Assembly (NCBI GenBank): GCA_964541065.1
Contig: CAZIRH010000001.1
Span: 1 to 36,595 of the forward strand
Source of the DNA: an uncultured Solibacteraceae bacterium
Lineage (GTDB): Bacteria; Acidobacteriota; Terriglobia; Bryobacterales; Bryobacteraceae
Direction: 5' to 3'
DNA length: 36,595 nucleotides
Shown piece after piece: positions 14,927-23,124 of this stretch. The stretch's first letter is position 1, and the number at the start of each line of letters is the position of its first letter. The notes under the pieces were generated by a model that was given only the letters and a program-made list of their open reading frames with translations, had not been told where the DNA came from and searched no databases. The translations under genes were made by a program, and so were the position numbers.

Positions 14927-17148
14927 GCATTGGCCGCCTGGCGCTGATCGTTCTGGCAGCGGCCTTGTGCGGAGCGCAGGAGCCGGCCGCCCCGTTCCTC
15001 GAATGGATGACGGAGGCGCAGCGCCTCTCCGCTCAGGTCAAGACGGTCGGGGACGCTGACGCCGCGGCCCTCGCGCGCCTTCGGGAGGACGTCGAAGGGC
15101 TGCGGCAGGCGGTCTCGCAGTGGCTCCTGAGGAATCCGCAGATACGGGTTGTTGCTCCTACAGCGGACTACGCCTCGCGTGCCTCCCTGGCGGCAAGTAT
15201 TGATGACCTGCGGGCGTTGATCGAGGAGCTCATCCGGCTCAATCCGGCCGGGCCTTTCTTCCTTGGTCGTATCGAGGTGCAGGTGACGGCCGAGGCTCCC
15301 CAAGTTCCCAGCGCCTACCTCATCAGCGGCGCCGAGATCGCGGCCTACGATCACGCCACCGTGACCGGCGCGGTGAGCATGGCGCCCGGCGTCACCATTT
15401 CCAGGGTCGGCGCGCGCAACGAGGGCGTGGCATACGTGCGCGGCTTCGACATGCGGCAGACGCCGGTCTTCCTGGACGGCATGCCGGTCTCGGTGCCCTA
15501 CGACGGCTACCTCGATCTGGACCGCTTCCTGGCGCAGGACATCGCCGAGATCCACGTGGTCAAGGGCTACAGCTCTCCCATGTGGGGACCGAATACGCTG
15601 GGCGGCGCCATCAACCTGGTCTCGCGCAAGCCTGTGGAGCGGTTTCACGGAGAAGTGGGGGTGGGCTACGAGTCCGGGCGGGCGTTCACCGGCACGGCCG
15701 GGGCGGGCGCCCGGATGAGGAAGCTCTACTGGCAGGCCAGCGGCGCCTGGCTGGCGCGCGACTTTTTCCCGCTCTCGGGGAGCTTTGCGGGCAACCCGCT
15801 CCAGCCTGCGCAGCGGCGGGAGAACTCCGATCGCCGCGATGCCCGCGGCCACTTCAAGCTGGGGCTGACGCCCGGCGCCGGAGACGAGTACGCGTTCGGC
15901 TACTTGAGGCAGAGCGCACGCAAGGGACAGCCGCCTTATGCCGGCAGCGACCTTGCCGTCAAGGTCCGCTACTGGCGCTGGCCCGAGTGGGGCAAGGACA
16001 GCCTGTACCATGTCGCTAACAAATCCCTCGGCCGGAGCGGCTATCTGCGGCTCCGCGCCTACTACGACACGTTCCACAACCGCCTGGATAGTTTTGACGA
16101 CGCCACTTACTCCACCCAGAACCGCTCCAGCTCTTTCGTCAGCCTGTACGACGATCATTCCTATGGCGGGAGGCTGGAAGCGGGAACCAACTCCCTGGCG
16201 CGGCAGGTCATCAAGACCTCAGTGTTCTGGAAGGACGACGCGCACCAGGAACACAACCTGGGCGAGCCGCAACGCTCGTTCCGGTCCCGCACGTTGTCCG
16301 CCGGGCTGGAGGATGCGATTCGCCTGAGCAACGCCACTCAGGCTGTGGTGGGCTTCAGCGCCGACCGCCTGGACGTCTTGCAGGCCCAGGATTTCCAGAA
16401 GGGCGTGGTCATGCCCTTCCCGGTGGGCGGCCTGTGGGCCTTCAACCCACAGGTCGCCGTACTGCACGCGCTCTCGGAGGTGGATCGGCTGCGGTTCACC
16501 TTCGCCCGCAAGACCCGGCTGCCCACCCTGAAGGACCGCTACTCCTACCGGATCGGCCGGTCGCTTCCGAACCCGGATCTGAAAGAGGAGCGGGCCAATC
16601 ACCTGGAAGCCGGGTACTCGCGGTCCTTCGGCGCGGGGACGCTGCTGGAAGCCGCGGTCTTCCATGCGGCGATCTCGAACCTGATGCAGGAATTCTATGT
16701 GGCGCCGCAGTTGTTTCAGTTTCGAAACGTGGGGCGGGTCGAGCACTCCGGGTTCGAGTTCTCGGCGCGCACGGAGCGGCTGCGTCCGGCGACGATCCAC
16801 GCCCACTACGCCTTCTTGAACCGAACGAACGTCTCTCTGCCGGGCGTCCCGCTGATTCAGACGCCGCGTCACCAGGTCTTCGCCGCCGCCAGCGGCGCGC
16901 TTCGCGGCGGCGTGCTGCTCACCGGGAGCGCGCGTTTCGAGACCGGCCGCTGGGATTTGAGCGAGGGCGGCCGGTACGTGCGGCTGGCGGGCTTCGCCGT
17001 CGTGGACGGGAACGCCACCATCCCTCTGGGGCGCCACGTGGAGCTTCAAGCTGGGGCCAGAAATCTCACCGACCGGAACTACCTCCTCGACGAGGGCTTT
17101 CCGGAAGAGGGCCGCAGCTTCTTCCTCCATTTGCGGTACCGTTTCTAG
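14923..17148 (+). CDS. TonB-dependent transporter (plug + 22-strand barrel type) with an atypical ~95-aa N-terminal extension
   Basis: Track ORF 14662..17148 is over-extended. ATG 14923 forms an ATGA overlap with the DUF364 stop and gives MSIGRLALIVLAAALCGA|QE. There is a TonB-box-like RIEVQVTAEA. The plug reads VSMAPGVTISRVGARNEGVAYVRGFDMRQTPVFLDGMPV...VVKGYSSPMWGPNTLGGAINLVSRKP. The C-terminus is FFLHLRYRF. Confidence 0.9.
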   Translation: MSIGRLALIVLAAALCGAQEPAAPFLEWMTEAQRLSAQVKTVGDADAAALARLREDVEGLRQAVSQWLLRNPQIRVVAPTADYASRASLAASIDDLRALIEELIRLNPAGPFFLGRIEVQVTAEAPQVPSAYLISGAEIAAYDHATVTGAVSMAPGVTISRVGARNEGVAYVRGFDMRQTPVFLDGMPVSVPYDGYLDLDRFLAQDIAEIHVVKGYSSPMWGPNTLGGAINLVSRKPVERFHGEVGVGYESGRAFTGTAGAGARMRKLYWQASGAWLARDFFPLSGSFAGNPLQPAQRRENSDRRDARGHFKLGLTPGAGDEYAFGYLRQSARKGQPPYAGSDLAVKVRYWRWPEWGKDSLYHVANKSLGRSGYLRLRAYYDTFHNRLDSFDDATYSTQNRSSSFVSLYDDHSYGGRLEAGTNSLARQVIKTSVFWKDDAHQEHNLGEPQRSFRSRTLSAGLEDAIRLSNATQAVVGFSADRLDVLQAQDFQKGVVMPFPVGGLWAFNPQVAVLHALSEVDRLRFTFARKTRLPTLKDRYSYRIGRSLPNPDLKEERANHLEAGYSRSFGAGTLLEAAVFHAAISNLMQEFYVAPQLFQFRNVGRVEHSGFEFSARTERLRPATIHAHYAFLNRTNVSLPGVPLIQTPRHQVFAAASGALRGGVLLTGSARFETGRWDLSEGGRYVRLAGFAVVDGNATIPLGRHVELQAGARNLTDRNYLLDEGFPEEGRSFFLHLRYRF

Positions 17149-17149
17149 T

Positions 17150-18898
17150 TTGGCTCCAGTGACGCCTTCGGACCGCCGCGCCCCGCTTCCCGACCTGTGG
17201 CTGCGCGCCGCCGTGCTGGGCAGCCTGTGGGCCTCCATCGAGATCATCGCCGGCAGCTTCCTGCACAACCTGCGCGTGCCGCTGGCCGGGAGCATGCTGG
17301 CGGCCACGGGAGTGGCCTTACTGACCGGCGGGCACCAGGTCTGGCCGCGGCGGGGTCTGCTCTGGCGCGCCGGCCTGATCTGCGCCCTGATGAAGTCCAT
17401 CTCCCCGACCGCCGTGGTGATCGGGCCGATGGTCGGCATCTTCGCGGAGAGCCTGCTGCTGGAGGCGGCCACGCGACTGCTGGGCAGAGGCGCGCTCGGC
17501 TATGCGGCGGGCGGCGCGGCCGCCGTGTCCTGGAGTCTCTTCCAGAAGATCGCCAGCTCGATCATCACCTTCGGGCTGAACATCGTGACGCTGTACGTGA
17601 GGCTCTGCGAGTTCGCCGCCCGGAGCCTGCGCGTGACGTTCCTGGGCCCCTTCGAGGTGCTGGCGGCGCTCTTTGCGATCGACCTTCTGCTGGGCGTCAC
17701 GGTGGCGCTGGTGGCCATGCGGGTGGGCAGGAGGCTGGCAGGAGCGCCGGGGATTCCGCTGGAGAGCCTGGCGCAGGAAGGGGACCGCTGGGAAGGCTTC
17801 AAGCTGGAGGCCGGGCAGAGGTTCTCGGTTCTTCTGCTGGCGGGCGACCTGGTCGGGCTGGCCGCCGGACTGTGGCTGCTGGGCGCGCATTGGCTGTGGC
17901 TAGCCATGCTGTTCGTGGCGGCCTTCACCGTCTGGGTGGGGTGCCGCTATCGCAGCTCGCTGCGGCGGTTCCGCAGGCCCAGGCTGTGGATTGAGCTGGC
18001 AGTGCTGATGCTGCTGTCCGGGCTCCTGTTGGGGGCCAGCCGCAACAGCGGCGGGTGGACCTGGAGCGGCTTGCGGGAAGGCTTGGAGATGATCGTGCGG
18101 GCCTGGCTGGTCATCGCCGGCTTTGCGGCGGTCAGCGTCGAGCTGCGCAACCCGCGAATCATCGAGTGGTTCACCCGGCGGCGCCTGCGAGTGTTCTCTG
18201 ATGCCCTGGGCGTGGCTTTCGAGGCCCTGCCGGAATTCGCCGCCGCGATTTCGCGCGAGCGGCGCTTCTTCCGGCAACCCTTCGCGTCGCTGTCACGACT
18301 ACTCCGGCACGCGGATGCCTGGTTGCGGAGCTACCGCCAGAGGCACGCGCCCCAGGGCCGTGTGGTCTTCCTGGCGGGGGACTCGGGGCAGGGAAAGACC
18401 ACTCTGGCGGGGGAAGTGGTCGGGCGGTTGCGCGATCGTGGCGTCGTCGTGGGTGGCGTGTTGGCGCCGGGCTTCTGGCAGGAGGGCGAACGCTGGGGCT
18501 TCGACGTCGTGGACCTGCTGGACGGCCGGCAAATGCCCCTCTGCCGCCGGGACGTTCCCCCGGAGGACGCCTCGGCCGGGCCGTTTGGCTTCCTGGCCTC
18601 GGGCTTGAAGTTCGGGCGGGAGGCCCTGCGTGTGGAACGGCTTCGCGAGGCGGGGGCCGAGGTCGTGGTGGTGGACGAGGTGGGACCGCTCGAGTTGAAC
18701 GCGCAGGGCTGGGCGGCGGCGCTGGATGCCCTCACTGAGCAGTGGAGCGGTCCCATGTTATGGGTGGTGCGCCGGGGCTTGGTCGAGCAGGTGGCGGCGC
18801 ACTGGCTGACGACGCCAGTGGTAGTGGTGGATGTGCGCCAGACGGATGCCGCCGGCATCGCCGCCTGGCTCATGGGACCGGAAGCCGCCGCCAGTTGA
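17150..18898 (+). CDS. Fusion protein: N-terminal polytopic membrane domain (about 9 TM helices, no family recognised) plus a C-terminal THEP1/DUF2478-like P-loop NTPase
   Basis: 582-aa uninterrupted ORF beginning 1 nt after the transporter stop (TTG 17150, or GTG 17159). Hydrophobic helices include LWLRAAVLGSLWASIEIIAGSFL, GSMLAATGVALLTGG, VVIGPMVGIFAESLLL, FEVLAALFAIDLLLGVTVALVAM, FSVLLLAGDLVGLAAGLWLLG, WLWLAMLFVAAFTVWVG, LWIELAVLMLLSGLLLG and MIVRAWLVIAGFAAVSV. The C-terminal domain has Walker A (VVFLAGDSGQGKTTL) and Walker B (VVVVDEVGPLE). Confidence 0.8.
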   Translation: MAPVTPSDRRAPLPDLWLRAAVLGSLWASIEIIAGSFLHNLRVPLAGSMLAATGVALLTGGHQVWPRRGLLWRAGLICALMKSISPTAVVIGPMVGIFAESLLLEAATRLLGRGALGYAAGGAAAVSWSLFQKIASSIITFGLNIVTLYVRLCEFAARSLRVTFLGPFEVLAALFAIDLLLGVTVALVAMRVGRRLAGAPGIPLESLAQEGDRWEGFKLEAGQRFSVLLLAGDLVGLAAGLWLLGAHWLWLAMLFVAAFTVWVGCRYRSSLRRFRRPRLWIELAVLMLLSGLLLGASRNSGGWTWSGLREGLEMIVRAWLVIAGFAAVSVELRNPRIIEWFTRRRLRVFSDALGVAFEALPEFAAAISRERRFFRQPFASLSRLLRHADAWLRSYRQRHAPQGRVVFLAGDSGQGKTTLAGEVVGRLRDRGVVVGGVLAPGFWQEGERWGFDVVDLLDGRQMPLCRRDVPPEDASAGPFGFLASGLKFGREALRVERLREAGAEVVVVDEVGPLELNAQGWAAALDALTEQWSGPMLWVVRRGLVEQVAAHWLTTPVVVVDVRQTDAAGIAAWLMGPEAAAS

Positions 18899-18913
18899 CC
18901 GGGCTGGGCTCGC

Positions 18914-20374
18914 TCAGCGCGCCTCTGCCAGCCGCACCTGAGAGAGGAGGCGGGTGTAGCGCGCGTCCGAACGGAGGGGATCGAAGATGGGGTCCACTTT
19001 CAGCCAGGCCAGCCAGCCGTCCCGCTCCTGGCAGGCCTGCTCGAGGCCCTGGAAGGCGCGGCCCTGGTCGTGGAGGCCAATGTAGACGAAGACCCGGCTG
19101 ACGGGAGACACAAAGCCGCGCCGCGACCATTCTTCCAGCTCCTTCAACACGCCTTGCGCCGCGGTCTTCCGGCCCAGCACGCCGTAGCAGTAGCCCAGCC
19201 CTCCCAGGATCATGGGATTCCCGCCGGGCAGGCTTCTGGCCTTGAGGAACACGGCCAACGCTTCCTGGTGCATGGACTCGGCCAGGTAGGCCATGCCGAG
19301 ATGCATATGGCCGGAAGGGAAGTCGGGCTCAAATTCCAGCGCCTTGCGGTATTCCTGAATGGCCTCGTCATGGCGGCGCATGGAATAGAGTGTGCGGGCG
19401 AGGTCGCGGTGGACGGCGCGGGACAGGGGGTCCAGAACCTGCGCCCGACGGATTTCCGCGAGGGCTTCTTCCAGCCGTCCCACCGCGCGGAGATAGCCGG
19501 CGTGCCAGTGGCGAGCAGTGGCAGAGTTGGGGTTCAGCGCGAGCGCGTGGCGATAGTCTTGCTCAGCGCCGGACCAGTCCCAGTCGTAGAACGACTTCAC
19601 AAAGCCGAGCGCAGCCCAAGCCTCGGCCAGGGTGTTGTCGGTTTCCAGCGCGCGCTCGGCCGCCGCTTTGGCCTTGGGCATCACGTCGCGCGGCGCAGCG
19701 ACGCCGTAGGAGGCCAGCAGAGCATAGGACTCAGCCAGCCCGGCATAGGCCAGCGAGTAACTGGCATCCTCCGCCAGCGCCTGGTGATAGTGCTCGATGG
19801 ACTTCCGCAAGCCGTCTTCCGTGCGCTTGCCCGACTGGTAGCGTCCCCGGAGGTAGGCCTCGTGGGCCTTGGGGTTGGCGGCGCGCGGCGGAGGCTGAGG
19901 GCGCACACGCTCGGGGCGCCGCACCCTGGTGACCGCCAGCCAAGCCAGGAGTCCGGCCACTACCACTGTCACGAGTGCTGCCCATAGCTTCCAGCGGCGC
20001 AGCCAGCCGAGCCGGGGCGCGGGCGGGCGCGCAGAGAACACCGGAGCGTAGCTTCCCTTGGCCAGCTCGATGAGCACGGCATCCTCGCGCCCTGCCCCGG
20101 CGTAGTACTGCGCCAGCCGGGAGCGGAGCCGGTGGGCCTCGACGCGGACCACCGTGTCGATGCGCGGATCGAAGGACTCGCCTCTACCGAACACCTCCAG
20201 CCCCAGGACCTGCTCCTTGAGCTGATCGCCCCGGCCCGCCAGGGTCTCTTGCGTGATGAACCGCAGGAACCGGCTGAGGCGGTCCGCGTGCGCGAAGCCT
20301 TTGCTGGCGAGGATCTTCTCGAGGTGCTCCTCGACCGCCTGACGCGCGACCTCCGAATCAGCTCGTCGCGGCAC
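18914..20374 (-). CDS. Membrane-anchored one-component regulator candidate: divergent OmpR/CadC-type winged-helix domain, one TM helix, periplasmic TPR repeats
   Basis: Track ORF 18914..20569 is over-extended. GTG 20374 is preceded by GGAGGTGGAGG (5 nt spacing) and lies 28 nt after the GH28 stop. The N-terminal segment LSRFLRFITQETLAGRGDQLKEQVLGLEVFGRGESFDPRIDTVVRVEAHRLRSRLAQYY...VLIELAKGSYAPVF follows the trans_reg_C pattern. The TM helix is WKLWAALVTVVVAGLLAWLAV. About 300 aa of TPR-like repeats follow (AYAGLAESYALL, AWAALGFV, ALALNPNSA, ALEFEPDF...). Confidence 0.7.
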   Translation of the reverse strand: MPRRADSEVARQAVEEHLEKILASKGFAHADRLSRFLRFITQETLAGRGDQLKEQVLGLEVFGRGESFDPRIDTVVRVEAHRLRSRLAQYYAGAGREDAVLIELAKGSYAPVFSARPPAPRLGWLRRWKLWAALVTVVVAGLLAWLAVTRVRRPERVRPQPPPRAANPKAHEAYLRGRYQSGKRTEDGLRKSIEHYHQALAEDASYSLAYAGLAESYALLASYGVAAPRDVMPKAKAAAERALETDNTLAEAWAALGFVKSFYDWDWSGAEQDYRHALALNPNSATARHWHAGYLRAVGRLEEALAEIRRAQVLDPLSRAVHRDLARTLYSMRRHDEAIQEYRKALEFEPDFPSGHMHLGMAYLAESMHQEALAVFLKARSLPGGNPMILGGLGYCYGVLGRKTAAQGVLKELEEWSRRGFVSPVSRVFVYIGLHDQGRAFQGLEQACQERDGWLAWLKVDPIFDPLRSDARYTRLLSQVRLAEAR

Positions 20375-20402
20375 CGGGCACCTCCACCTCCATACACTAT
20401 AC

Positions 20403-21965
20403 TCACCGGGCGCGCCGGGCGCCCGCATTGGCCAGCTCGCGCACGGCCGCTTCCGGGGCGCCGGCGAGCTCGATGCTGCGCTCCACCCGGGTGAGGTCGT
20501 TCCCGGTGAGCAGGATGCCGCGGCTGGCCGCGCCGCTGATGCGAGCGAAGACGCCTGCGCTCGCCGCACGCGCCCCGCGGATCATGGCCTCGGCGACATT
20601 GTTCAGCCACAGCACCGGCGCGGAGCCGGCCACCGTGCCGGTGCGGAAGCCATCGAGGGTCAGGTCCTTCACATCGTCGAAGATCATGGCCGGGCGCAGA
20701 TCCTCCTTCTCCCAGCGCACCTGGATGTTGGCCAGGGCCAGACCTTCGGCGTGCCGGGCGTAGAAACCGAAGGCGGGCAGGATGCCGAACATGGTGGCCT
20801 CGGGATACCTGGCGATCTGCTCGGGCACGTCCAGACCTCCGGGCGCGCGGTGGCCTCCCTCCATGGTGATGGTGATGTTGGAGAGCGTCACGCGGCGCAC
20901 CGGGTGAGCGGGGATGCCGGTCACCGAGGAGGTCACCGTACTGCCGCGGGCGACGATGTTGCTGATCGTGATGTTCTGAACCGAGCCGGGCACCGCCGGA
21001 TCCAGCCCGCGCCCGCGGTTACCCAGGCGCACGAACAGCGGGGCCTGCACGCCGGCCATCGTGAGGTTCGAGATCACCACCCCGTCGATGTGGGCCCCAT
21101 CCACCGATTCCAGGGAGACCCCCGAAATCGGCCGGCGGCCGCTCTGGCGCGCCAGCATGGTGCAGTTGGTGAGGGCCACGTCCCGCAGGTCGCCGCTGGA
21201 CTCGGTGCCGAACTTGAAGCAGTTGCAGTTGGTGCGCAGCACGCAGTTGGTGACCGTCAAGTGCTCGGTGCTCCGGCGGTTCGCCATGCCCATAGAAGGG
21301 CTGGCTTTGGGGCAGATGGCGTCGTCGTAGCTGTCCACGTAGCAGTTCGAGATGCGCACGTAGCGCGAAGCGTCGGGATCGATGCCGTCGGAGTAGCCGT
21401 TGAGGATGGTGACCCCGTCGATGTCGATGAAGTCCGTCCCCCAGAAGCTGATCGAGTAGTTCGGCGAGTTCTGGACGGTGATGCCGCGGAGGCTGACGTA
21501 CTGGCACAGCTTGAGGGCGATGGTCTTGGGACCGCCGCGCTTGGAACGGTTGCCGTCGATGACGCCCTGGCCCTCGATGGCGATGTGGTGGACGTTCTCC
21601 GCGGTCACCAGGCCGTAGCGAAAGTACGTGGTCTCGTGGTCGGAGACCGACTGGAAGGGGAGCGGCTCGTAGGGATCGAAGTCGGCGTTATCCGGGCTGG
21701 CCGCCAGCGTGGCGCCGTTGGCCAGGTGCATCGTCACGTAGCTCTTCAGGCGGACGGTTCCGCTCAGGTACGTGCCCGCCGCCAGCAGGACTGTCCCTCC
21801 GCCCCGGCCGGCGGCCGCATCGATGGCTTTCTGGATGGCTGCGGTGTCCTTGGTCACGCCGTCGCCCTTGGCCCCGAAATCCCGGACGTCGAAAGGGCCG
21901 GACGCCGGCACGCCTGGCCAGGGGACAGCCAGCAACAGCCCGCAGAGCGCAAGAGACGTTCTCAT
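20403..21965 (-). CDS. Secreted right-handed beta-helix glycoside hydrolase, GH28-like (pectate-lyase-superfamily N-terminal motif)
   Basis: ATG 21965 has GGGGAGGA upstream and gives MRTSLALCGLLLAVPWPGVPASG. Supporting motifs are FDVRDFGAKGDGVTKDTAAIQKAIDAAA, NGYSDGIDPD, SYDDAICPK and repeated beta-helix turns. The track start at 22037 is an extension. Confidence 0.75.
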   Translation of the reverse strand: MRTSLALCGLLLAVPWPGVPASGPFDVRDFGAKGDGVTKDTAAIQKAIDAAAGRGGGTVLLAAGTYLSGTVRLKSYVTMHLANGATLAASPDNADFDPYEPLPFQSVSDHETTYFRYGLVTAENVHHIAIEGQGVIDGNRSKRGGPKTIALKLCQYVSLRGITVQNSPNYSISFWGTDFIDIDGVTILNGYSDGIDPDASRYVRISNCYVDSYDDAICPKASPSMGMANRRSTEHLTVTNCVLRTNCNCFKFGTESSGDLRDVALTNCTMLARQSGRRPISGVSLESVDGAHIDGVVISNLTMAGVQAPLFVRLGNRGRGLDPAVPGSVQNITISNIVARGSTVTSSVTGIPAHPVRRVTLSNITITMEGGHRAPGGLDVPEQIARYPEATMFGILPAFGFYARHAEGLALANIQVRWEKEDLRPAMIFDDVKDLTLDGFRTGTVAGSAPVLWLNNVAEAMIRGARAASAGVFARISGAASRGILLTGNDLTRVERSIELAGAPEAAVRELANAGARRAR

Positions 21966-22174
21966 GGCGCGTCCTCCCCTCGGTGACACCCCTGGATTGT
22001 ACCCGGATCCCCCGGCCCCGTGCGGTTCGGGGGACACCTCGCGGGGACATCGGCGAGGTGGCCTACCGTGTCACCCAGGGTGCCCGGCGCGTTGTGAGTC
22101 AGGCGGGGCGAGTTCCGGCTGTTGAGAAATGCAATGCCCCCGGGTTTCATTTGATTCCCATGCTCGAAGAGTGC

Positions 22175-22203
22175 TTGCGATTGGAAGATGAATATGCTTT
22201 AAT
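22175..22203 (+). promoter_or_regulatory. Sigma70-like promoter candidate for the PEP-CTERM / multicopper oxidase transcription unit
   Basis: TTGCGA (22175-22180), a 17-nt spacer, then TTTAAT (22198-22203). It sits in the only clearly AT-rich stretch of the 289-nt divergent intergenic region, about 50 nt upstream of ATG 22255. Confidence 0.45.
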
Positions 22204-22254
22204 GTCCTTTTGGGCAGAGCCAACGGCTCGGGGAATTCACTTGGAGGTAGGTCA

Positions 22255-23088
22255 ATGAAGCGCTGCGGTGGTGGCTATGTGCTCACCCTTGTTTCGGCGG
22301 TTCTGTTGTTCTTGATTGCAGGCGTGGTGCCGGCCTCGGCCGGACCGGTCAGCCTGTGGATCGGGAACGACATGAACCCCACACTTCCTGTGCTGCAAAC
22401 GGATCTGTCGGGTACGGTCCTGCGTACCGTCAGCGGCGTGGACAGCATCGGATTTGCGATCGACTACCAGGCTGGGCTGGTGTACTTCAATGACGGGTTC
22501 TGGATAACGCCCATGGATCTGGCGACGCTCTCTGCGGGGACACCTCTGCTTGCACCCGGGATGCTGGACATGACGTTCGACGGCACCTACATCTGGGCGG
22601 CGGACCCGTTCAACAACAGCCTGGATGCGATCAACCCTGCGGACGGAAGCTTGGTCACGAGCGTAGACCTGGGCTATCAGCCCCTCGGCGTCGCCTGGAC
22701 CGGGAACGGCTTCTGGGTTAGCGAGAACGGGGACTTTGTTACCGGAGTTCTGGGCACGCCCGTGCGGCGCTACACCGCCGCCGGGGTGTTCACTGGCCAG
22801 ATGTTCACGCCGTGGCCGGCCGTGTTTGATGCGGGAGGCGGGCTGGTCGATCCAGGCCGCACCCCGGGTGGGCTGGCCTTCGCGCAGCACACGCTCTGGA
22901 TCGGCGACACGGACGGTTGGGTGCGGCATTACTCTACCGCTGGGGTGCCGCTGGCGGGCGACTTCACAACGGGCGATGGCCGGTACGTGGGCGGGCTGGA
23001 AGCCCAGATTCCGGAACCTTCCACCACCCTGCTGCTGGGAGGTGGCCTGCTGGCGCTGCTGGCGGCTTGGCGCCGCAGGGCGGCGTAG
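22255..23088 (+). CDS. PEP-CTERM sorting-domain protein with a beta-propeller-like repeat body
   Basis: ATG 22255 has GGAGG (22243-22247) 7 nt upstream and gives MKRCGGGYVLTLVSAVLLFLIAGVVPASA. The C-terminus IPEPSTTLLLGGGLLALLAAWRRRAA is a canonical PEP motif, TM helix and Arg cluster. The track start at 22210 is an extension. Confidence 0.85.
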   Translation: MKRCGGGYVLTLVSAVLLFLIAGVVPASAGPVSLWIGNDMNPTLPVLQTDLSGTVLRTVSGVDSIGFAIDYQAGLVYFNDGFWITPMDLATLSAGTPLLAPGMLDMTFDGTYIWAADPFNNSLDAINPADGSLVTSVDLGYQPLGVAWTGNGFWVSENGDFVTGVLGTPVRRYTAAGVFTGQMFTPWPAVFDAGGGLVDPGRTPGGLAFAQHTLWIGDTDGWVRHYSTAGVPLAGDFTTGDGRYVGGLEAQIPEPSTTLLLGGGLLALLAAWRRRAA

Positions 23089-23124
23089 GCAGCTCGCAGG
23101 GACTCATTCAGAGGAGAAGATCCA

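Noticed and set aside
21982-22075. 8-bp inverted repeat GGTGACAC (21982-21989) / GTGTCACC (22068-22075) in the GH28 / PEP-CTERM intergenic region
   Set aside because: It is only 8 bp with about 78 nt between the arms, and it does not extend. That is within chance expectation for a window of this size.
21983-22258. 91-aa ORF filling the divergent intergenic region between the GH28 and PEP-CTERM genes
   Set aside because: Codon third positions are mixed A/T/G/C, unlike all confident genes here. It overlaps the predicted promoter, SD and start of the PEP-CTERM gene, and shows no motifs.
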